Assembly (NCBI GenBank): GCA_903881665.1
Contig: CAIRUC010000111.1
Span: 4,815-68,814 of the forward strand
Length of the DNA stretch: 64,000 nucleotides
Source of the DNA: an uncultured Bacteroidota bacterium
GTDB lineage: Bacteria; Bacteroidota; Bacteroidia; AKYH767-A; OLB10
Direction of reading: 5' to 3'
Positions 58,054-64,000 of the stretch are shown here, piece after piece. The notes beneath the pieces were generated by a model that worked only from the letters and a program-made list of their open reading frames with translations, made no database searches and was not told the origin of the DNA. Numbering within the stretch: the first letter of the stretch is position 1; every line of letters starts with the position of its first letter. A program made the position numbers and the translations under genes.

Positions 58054-59031
58054 ATGAAAATGAATACCGACCGAAAAATACTTGCACTCGCAAAAAAGAC
58101 ACTCGATATTGAATCCGAAGCAATTGCGGGTTTAAAAGACCAATTAACAAAAGATTTTACTGCCGTTGTTCGTTTAATTATTCAATTAAAAGGCAGGGTG
58201 GTTGTTAGTGGAATAGGGAAAAGTGCCATCATTGCCAATAAAATGGTTGCTACTTTTAATTCTACAGGTACTCCATCTGTATTTATGCACGCCGCAGATG
58301 CTATTCATGGAGATTTAGGGATGATCCAACGAAGTGATGTGGTAATTCTAATTTCAAATAGCGGAAATACTCCAGAAATAAAAGTATTAGCTCCTCTTAT
58401 TAAGAATGGAGGAAATGTTTTGGTAGCCATGGTAGGAAATGAAACTTCGACATTGGCTAAATATGCTGATTATCGTTTGCTTACTGCAATCAAGAAAGAA
58501 GCTTGTCCGAATAATTTAGCTCCAACAAGTTCAACAACAGCTCAATTAGCAATGGGTGATGCATTAGCTGTATGTTTGTTGGAGGAACGCGGATTTTCAT
58601 CTGCCGATTTTGCACGATATCATCCGGGGGGAGCATTAGGAAAACGATTATATCTGAAAGTAGATGATCTTTGGGCTTCAAACCCTAAGCCGATGGTGCA
58701 AATGTCGACACCGATTACGGAAGTGATTCTTGAAATATCTTCAAAACGTTTAGGATGTGCTGCAGTTATCGATAAAGGCAAGCTATTAGGCATGATTACC
58801 GATGGTGACTTGCGAAGGATGATGCAACAAAGTAAAAGCAACAACTTCACTAAGCTCTCTGCAAAAGATATTATGAATAAAAAGCCGAAGTCGGTTGATA
58901 AAGATATGATGGCGGTGGAGGCACTACAATTAATGAAAGAATTTAATATTACGCAGTTAGTAGTTACCGATAAAAACAAGTTTATTGGTTTTATTCATCT
59001 TCATGATTTGTTGAAAGAAGGAATTATTTAA
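58054..59031 (+). CDS. kdsD: Arabinose-5-phosphate isomerase (KpsF/GutQ family; SIS + tandem CBS)
   Basis: The SIS motif VVSGIGKSAIIANK is followed by two CBS domains at the C-terminus. Confidence 0.92.
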   Translation: MKMNTDRKILALAKKTLDIESEAIAGLKDQLTKDFTAVVRLIIQLKGRVVVSGIGKSAIIANKMVATFNSTGTPSVFMHAADAIHGDLGMIQRSDVVILISNSGNTPEIKVLAPLIKNGGNVLVAMVGNETSTLAKYADYRLLTAIKKEACPNNLAPTSSTTAQLAMGDALAVCLLEERGFSSADFARYHPGGALGKRLYLKVDDLWASNPKPMVQMSTPITEVILEISSKRLGCAAVIDKGKLLGMITDGDLRRMMQQSKSNNFTKLSAKDIMNKKPKSVDKDMMAVEALQLMKEFNITQLVVTDKNKFIGFIHLHDLLKEGII

Positions 59032-59056
59032 TTAGTAAAAAGAATAAATATCGAAT

Positions 59057-59881
59057 ATGTTATTAGACAGTAAAGACCCGAACAAAGAGATGGGATTTCT
59101 CGATCATCTCGAAGCCCTTAGGTGGCATATCGTTCGTGCATCGATTGTGGTTTGTGTATTAGGTTTGGTAGCATTTATGAATAAGGCTATTATTTTTGAT
59201 GGCATTATACTCGCACCTAAAAACAAGGATTTTTGGACTTACCGCGTAATGTGTGAGTTGTCGCAGAAGTATAATTTGGATATGTGTTTCGATCAGATTA
59301 ATTTTTCGGTTATTAATCTAGATATAAGCGGACAGTTTACTACGCATATGTGGATTGCCATCATGACTGGATTTGTACTCGGATTCCCTTATTTGATATG
59401 GGAATTATGGCGATTTATTCGCCCTGCATTGTCAGAACGAGAAATAAAATATTCTCGTGGCATCGTTTTTTTTACAACACTTTTATTTATTTGCGGTTTA
59501 TTATTCGGTTATTATATTATTACTCCATTATCAATAAACTTCCTTGGTAATTATCAGGTAAGTGCCGAAATAAAGAATCAAATCAGTATGGATTCTTATA
59601 TCAACATTGTAACGGTATTATCATTGTCAACAGGATTTGTTTTCGAATTGCCAATGGTAATTTATTTCCTTAGTAAAATTGGCATTATGTCGCCTGCTTT
59701 CATGCGAACGTACCGTAAGCATGCCATGGTAATTAATTTAATTGTTGCCGCCGTAATTACTCCTTCTCCTGATGTAACAAGTCAAATGTTGGTCGCCATT
59801 CCGTTATTCGTGTTGTATGAAATAAGTATTTATGTTTCGGCAATGGTAGAGCGAAATAAAAATAGAGAAGCATTAAAATAG
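59057..59881 (+). CDS. tatC: Twin-arginine translocase subunit TatC
   Basis: FLDHLEALRWHI is present, the protein has six TM helices, and ...PSPDVTSQ... is the conserved TatC motif. Confidence 0.93.
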   Translation: MLLDSKDPNKEMGFLDHLEALRWHIVRASIVVCVLGLVAFMNKAIIFDGIILAPKNKDFWTYRVMCELSQKYNLDMCFDQINFSVINLDISGQFTTHMWIAIMTGFVLGFPYLIWELWRFIRPALSEREIKYSRGIVFFTTLLFICGLLFGYYIITPLSINFLGNYQVSAEIKNQISMDSYINIVTVLSLSTGFVFELPMVIYFLSKIGIMSPAFMRTYRKHAMVINLIVAAVITPSPDVTSQMLVAIPLFVLYEISIYVSAMVERNKNREALK

Positions 59882-59918
59882 GTTCTTGCAATTACCTTAA
59901 TAATTCTAAAAAACATAT

Positions 59919-60263
59919 ATGAGTTTAGTTGAAGATTTTAATGGATATCGTGCCAAAATGAATGAAAAAATTCTTGCAGCCGGTAATACCAATATTAAAA
60001 GATTATATGCACTCGATACATCCACTTATCAAGAAGGTGCATTAAGTGTGAAGATGAAAGAGATGTTGGGATTGATTTCATCGATGGTGTTGCGTTGCGA
60101 TGATTGCATTCGATATCATCTTGGAAAATGTTATGAGCAAGGCGTTACTACTGAAGAGCTGTTTGAAATATTTGCTGTAGCTAACTTAGTTGGTGGAACC
60201 ATTGTGATTCCGCATACTCGTCGTGCACTTGAATATTGGGAGGATTTAGTCGTATTAAAGTGA
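59919..60263 (+). CDS. Carboxymuconolactone decarboxylase family (AhpD-like) protein
   Basis: A CxxC in LRCDDCIRYH lies in an AhpD-like helical protein of 114 aa. Confidence 0.78.
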   Translation: MSLVEDFNGYRAKMNEKILAAGNTNIKRLYALDTSTYQEGALSVKMKEMLGLISSMVLRCDDCIRYHLGKCYEQGVTTEELFEIFAVANLVGGTIVIPHTRRALEYWEDLVVLK

Positions 60264-60304
60264 TTTGTAATTCATAGGTAAGCCAAACCATTTACGATTT
60301 TATT

Positions 60305-62779
60305 ATGAAGAAAATTAGATACATTGTTTCTTTCTTTTTATACTTAACTATTATGTTATTTGCGTTAAATATATCGGCGCAAGAAACCTCTATTAGTGGA
60401 AAAGTAACCGACGATTTAACAAATGAACCTATTCCGTTTGCAACGATTATTTTTAAAGGAACCACCATTGGTGTAAATACGGATATGGATGGCAAGTATA
60501 GTGTGTCGTCACAAACTCCTACAGATTCGATCATTTGTACTTTAGTTGGTTATAAGCCGGTGAAGATGCGTGTGAAGAAAGGGCAATCGCAAGTAATCAA
60601 TATTGTAATGAATGCTTCTAAAGTCGAATTAAATGAGGTGATTATTAAAGCTGGGGAAAATCCAGCGAATATTATTTTAAAAAATATTATTGCTAATAAA
60701 GATATTAATGATCCTGCTAAATTAGAAACATATCAATATGAGGTATATAATAAACTCGAATTTGATTTAACAAATATTACCGAAAAGTTTAAAAACAAAA
60801 AGCTGTTAAAGCCATTCAGTTTTATTTTCGATAATATAGATAGTAGTGAAACAAACTCTCGACCTTTTTTGCCATTTTTTATTTCGGAGACAATGTCTGA
60901 TGTGTATTTTAAAAGCAATCCGAAAAATAAACGTGAAATAATTAAGGCGAGCAAAATATCAGGACTAGAAAACACTACAGTAACTCAGTTTCTTGGTGAT
61001 ATGTATCAACGTGTAGACGTATACGATAACTTTATTGATTTATTTGGAAAAGGATTTGTAAGCCCAGCTTCTGATTTAGGTTTGCTTTATTATAAATATT
61101 ATTTACTCGACAGTACTTATCTCGACAATCAATGGTGTTATAAGTTAAAGTTTAAACCGCGTCGTCCGCAAGAGTTAACTTTTACAGGTGAATTTTGGGT
61201 GCAAGATACTACTTGGGCCATCAAGAAAATTAATATGCGCATAGCCGGTGATGCAAATGTGAACTGGGTAGAGGATATGGCCATCGTTCAGGAATACACG
61301 CGTGTTGAAAATAAACAGTGGATGCTTTCTAAAGATGTTCTGATTGTTGACTTTGCTGCGAAGGAAGAAGGCATGGGTTTTATAGGAAGGAAAAATACTT
61401 CGTACAGAAATTTCGTTATTAATCAACCCGTAAATAATAATATTTTTAAGGGGTCTGAAAATATTGTTGTTAATGACGAAGCATTAACACGTACTGAAGA
61501 CTATTGGAATAATTCGCGACACGATAGTTTGTCTGAGCGTGAAACAAAGATCTACCATATGGTAGATACAATTAAAACATTGCCAGCATTTAAAACCTAT
61601 GTTGATTTTGTGACTTTGTTTTTTACAGGATATAAAGACATTGGCAAAATCGAATTAGGACCTTATTATACCGTTTATAGCTTTAATAAAATTGAAGGTA
61701 ATAGGTTTCGGATTGGTGGAAGAACAAGTGATGACTTTAGTACGAAAATATTAATGGACGGATATCTTGCATACGGTTTAAAAGATGAAAAATTTAAATA
61801 CGGTGGAGGAATTAAATTTAAATTGTCTGATAAGCCGCGTCAATTTTTTGGCGTGAATTATAAATACGATGTGCAGCAGTTAGGACAAAGCGATAATGGT
61901 TTCTCCGATGACAACTTGCTTTTTTCCTTGTTCCGCCGAAATCCTGCTACAAAGCTTAATACCATCGAAATACAAAAAGCTTGGTATGAAATGGAATGGT
62001 TCCCTGGTTTTTCAAATCGTATAACGTTTATGAATAGCCGCTTCCGGCCGTTGGGCGATTTGGATATAAGTTTTTATACCAACGATGAAAAAACGGAATC
62101 CAAAAATTCGTTCCAAACATCCGAGATCTCCTTGTTTACCCGTTTTGCTTATCGTGAAAAGTTTGTAGCGGGGAAAATTGATAGGGTAAGCTTAGGATCC
62201 GATTACCCGGTGTTACAAGTAAATTACACCTACGGTTTAAAAGGAGTCATGAATAGCGATTTCAAATATCAAAAACTGAATGTTAAAGTTGATGATCTCT
62301 TACGGTTAGCGCCTTTTGGATATACCTATTGGATGTTAAGTGCTGGTAAAATTTGGGGAACACTTCCTTATCCCTTACTTGAACTTCACCCTGGGAATGA
62401 AACCTATTTCTACGATTATGCCGCATTCAATCTCATGAATTATTTTGAGTTTGTGAGCGACTATTATTTCTGTGGGTATGCCACACATCACTTCGACGGT
62501 TTTTTCCTTGATAAAATTCCTTTGATGCGTAAATTAAAGTGGAGAGAAGTGGCGCAAGCAAAAATTGTTTATGGAGGAATCAGCAAAAGCAATCAGAATA
62601 TATTAAAAGATCCTTCGGTTTTCACTACATTATCGAAAAAACCTTATGTTGAGGTGGGTACCGGAGTCGAAAATATATTTAAGTTAATTCGTGTTGATTT
62701 TATCTGGCGCTTGTCTTACCTCGATCACGCTAATATTTCAAAATACGGTATTAGAGCCAGCCTTCAGCTCTTGTTTTAA
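60305..62779 (+). CDS. DUF5686 / carboxypeptidase-regulatory-like domain outer-membrane-associated protein
   Basis: The signal peptide is followed by ISGKVTDDLTNEPIPFATIIFKGTTIGVNTDMDGKYS (CarboxypepD_reg-like). The long beta-rich C-terminal part ends in ...ASLQLLF, an aromatic terminus. Confidence 0.8.
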   Translation: MKKIRYIVSFFLYLTIMLFALNISAQETSISGKVTDDLTNEPIPFATIIFKGTTIGVNTDMDGKYSVSSQTPTDSIICTLVGYKPVKMRVKKGQSQVINIVMNASKVELNEVIIKAGENPANIILKNIIANKDINDPAKLETYQYEVYNKLEFDLTNITEKFKNKKLLKPFSFIFDNIDSSETNSRPFLPFFISETMSDVYFKSNPKNKREIIKASKISGLENTTVTQFLGDMYQRVDVYDNFIDLFGKGFVSPASDLGLLYYKYYLLDSTYLDNQWCYKLKFKPRRPQELTFTGEFWVQDTTWAIKKINMRIAGDANVNWVEDMAIVQEYTRVENKQWMLSKDVLIVDFAAKEEGMGFIGRKNTSYRNFVINQPVNNNIFKGSENIVVNDEALTRTEDYWNNSRHDSLSERETKIYHMVDTIKTLPAFKTYVDFVTLFFTGYKDIGKIELGPYYTVYSFNKIEGNRFRIGGRTSDDFSTKILMDGYLAYGLKDEKFKYGGGIKFKLSDKPRQFFGVNYKYDVQQLGQSDNGFSDDNLLFSLFRRNPATKLNTIEIQKAWYEMEWFPGFSNRITFMNSRFRPLGDLDISFYTNDEKTESKNSFQTSEISLFTRFAYREKFVAGKIDRVSLGSDYPVLQVNYTYGLKGVMNSDFKYQKLNVKVDDLLRLAPFGYTYWMLSAGKIWGTLPYPLLELHPGNETYFYDYAAFNLMNYFEFVSDYYFCGYATHHFDGFFLDKIPLMRKLKWREVAQAKIVYGGISKSNQNILKDPSVFTTLSKKPYVEVGTGVENIFKLIRVDFIWRLSYLDHANISKYGIRASLQLLF

Positions 62780-62807
62780 ATTATTAGTTCTGTATTACTC
62801 TCTTCTT

Positions 62808-62815
62808 TAAATTTG
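62808..62815 (+). promoter_or_regulatory. -7 box TAAATTTG upstream of lptB
   Basis: Exact TAnnTTTG match, 8 nt before the ATG at 62823. Confidence 0.35.
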
Positions 62816-62822
62816 CAACTGT

Positions 62823-63548
62823 ATGTTAACACTTCGCACCGATCATCTCATAAAACGCTATAAAAGCAGAACCGTAGTGGATAAAGTTTCTATTCGTGTT
62901 CAGCAAGGTGAAATTGTAGGATTGTTGGGTCCTAATGGTGCCGGTAAGACGACAACTTTTTATATGACCGTTGGATTGATTAAGCCTAATGAAGGAAAGA
63001 TTTATCTTGAAGATGTTGAAATTACCAATGAACCTATGTATAAGAGGGCACAAATGGGTATCGGTTATCTTGCTCAAGAAGCTTCTGTTTTTCGTAAGCT
63101 TAGTGTTGAAGATAATATAAAGGCTGTGCTCGAAATGACCAAGCTTAATAAAGAAGCGCAGGAAGAAAAGCTCGAATCTTTATTAGAGGAATTTGGCTTA
63201 CAGAAAATTCGTAAGAGTAGAGGAGATGTATTGTCGGGTGGTGAAAGACGAAGAACAGAGATTGCTCGGGCACTTGCTGTAGATCCGAAGTTTATTCTGC
63301 TCGATGAACCTTTCGCTGGAGTTGATCCTATTGCGGTTGAAGATATTCAGAGTATTGTTTATAAACTTAAAGCTAAAAACATTGGTATTTTAATTACCGA
63401 TCATAATGTTCATGAAACGTTAACAATTACCGATCGATCTTATCTTTTATTTGAAGGGAAGATATTGAAAGAAGGAACAGCACGTGAATTAGCTGATGAT
63501 GAAACCGTGCGTCGCGTTTACCTCGGACAAAATTTTGAGTTAAGGTAA
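62823..63548 (+). CDS. lptB: LPS export ABC transporter ATP-binding protein
   Basis: [24 protein letters not shown] and [11 protein letters not shown] are present, with the C-terminal ...[10 protein letters not shown] typical of LptB. Confidence 0.92.
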   Translation: MLTLRTDHLIKRYKSRTVVDKVSIRVQQGEIVGLLGPNGAGKTTTFYMTVGLIKPNEGKIYLEDVEITNEPMYKRAQMGIGYLAQEASVFRKLSVEDNIKAVLEMTKLNKEAQEEKLESLLEEFGLQKIRKSRGDVLSGGERRRTEIARALAVDPKFILLDEPFAGVDPIAVEDIQSIVYKLKAKNIGILITDHNVHETLTITDRSYLLFEGKILKEGTARELADDETVRRVYLGQNFELR

Positions 63549-63552
63549 AACC

Positions 63553-64000
63553 TTAATGCCCTGCTGGCGCCTTTACGCCCGCCGGTATTTCAATTTTTAA
63601 TCGATTTATTTCTGGCGGTATTGGACAATTATAAGCGTTGCTGTATGCACAGTAAGGATTATAACATTGGTTAAAATCAATAATCAGAAAATCACCAGGA
63701 ACTTCTTTTAAATCTATATATCGGCCTCCTCCATAGGAGGAGAATCCGTTCGTTTTGTCAGCAAAGGGAAGGAATAGATAATCTTTATATTCCTCTTTAT
63801 TCATTAATGCAACTGATTTGTAAGCATACAATACTTGCTGCTTTTTAAGAATGAAAAAGCTCAACTTCAGGTAAGGAATGTATTGTTTGAATTTTCCAGA
63901 TGTTGTTGGAAATGTAACCTCTTTCGCATCCGTAATGCGTTCAACTTTTGCCGTTACTCTATAATTTAAGTTAACAGGAAAAAAGGCATGTCCTTTGAAT
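63553..64000 (-). CDS. DUF1684 family protein (5'-partial; continues past the right edge)
   Basis: GGGRYIDL...CYNPYCAYSNAYNCPIPPEINRLKIEIPAGVK is the DUF1684 signature. The track start at 63864 is a TTG. I translated the same frame upstream to nt 64000 (...FKGHAFFPVNLNYRVTAKVERITDAKEVTFPTTSGKFKQYIPYLK) and found no stop. Confidence 0.78.
   Translation of the reverse strand, partial: FKGHAFFPVNLNYRVTAKVERITDAKEVTFPTTSGKFKQYIPYLKLSFFILKKQQVLYAYKSVALMNKEEYKDYLFLPFADKTNGFSSYGGGRYIDLKEVPGDFLIIDFNQCYNPYCAYSNAYNCPIPPEINRLKIEIPAGVKAPAGH

Overview
This is an AT-rich chromosomal segment from a member of the Bacteroidota. The evidence is T9SS C-terminal sorting domains, a GldH-like lipoprotein, TAnnTTTG -7 promoter boxes, no Shine-Dalgarno sequences, and DUF3098/DUF5686/DUF4468-type genes. 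I found no rRNA, tRNA, CRISPR array, transposase or integrase.

About 85% of the window is ordinary housekeeping: leuS, scpB, ftsX, uppP, truB, queA, ispD, rlmN, ribE, pheS, holB, pgk, recQ, kdsD, tatC, lptB, folE and others.

Four things stand out.
1. nt 3-9471 is a T9SS-cargo locus. A giant surface protein runs off the left edge and is followed by a 511-aa secreted partner. Next comes a decayed second copy of the same two-gene unit: an orphan C-terminal fragment plus a partner broken by a 1-nt frameshift in a T4 run.
2. A dispersed intergenic repeat family sits just 3' of plus-strand genes at about 7.25, 9.5, 21.5, 42.5 and 51.0 kb. Each copy has a 7-nt-periodic lead-in running into a GCGAAGC core. 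One copy carries a plant-telomere-like (TTTAGGG)n tract.
3. nt 33.4-38.6 kb looks like a light-response neighbourhood. It holds a photolyase operon divergent from a MerR/B12-binding regulator with intact CarH-type Wx9EH and ExHxxG motifs. A PduO-type adenosyltransferase lies elsewhere in the window.
4. nt 32.7-33.4 kb is a small two-gene, translationally coupled nucleotidyltransferase-fold module that resembles a toxin-antitoxin pair.

I did not find a convincing multi-gene defence island or any other clearly novel enzymatic system. All family assignments come from motif recognition by eye, with no database search.
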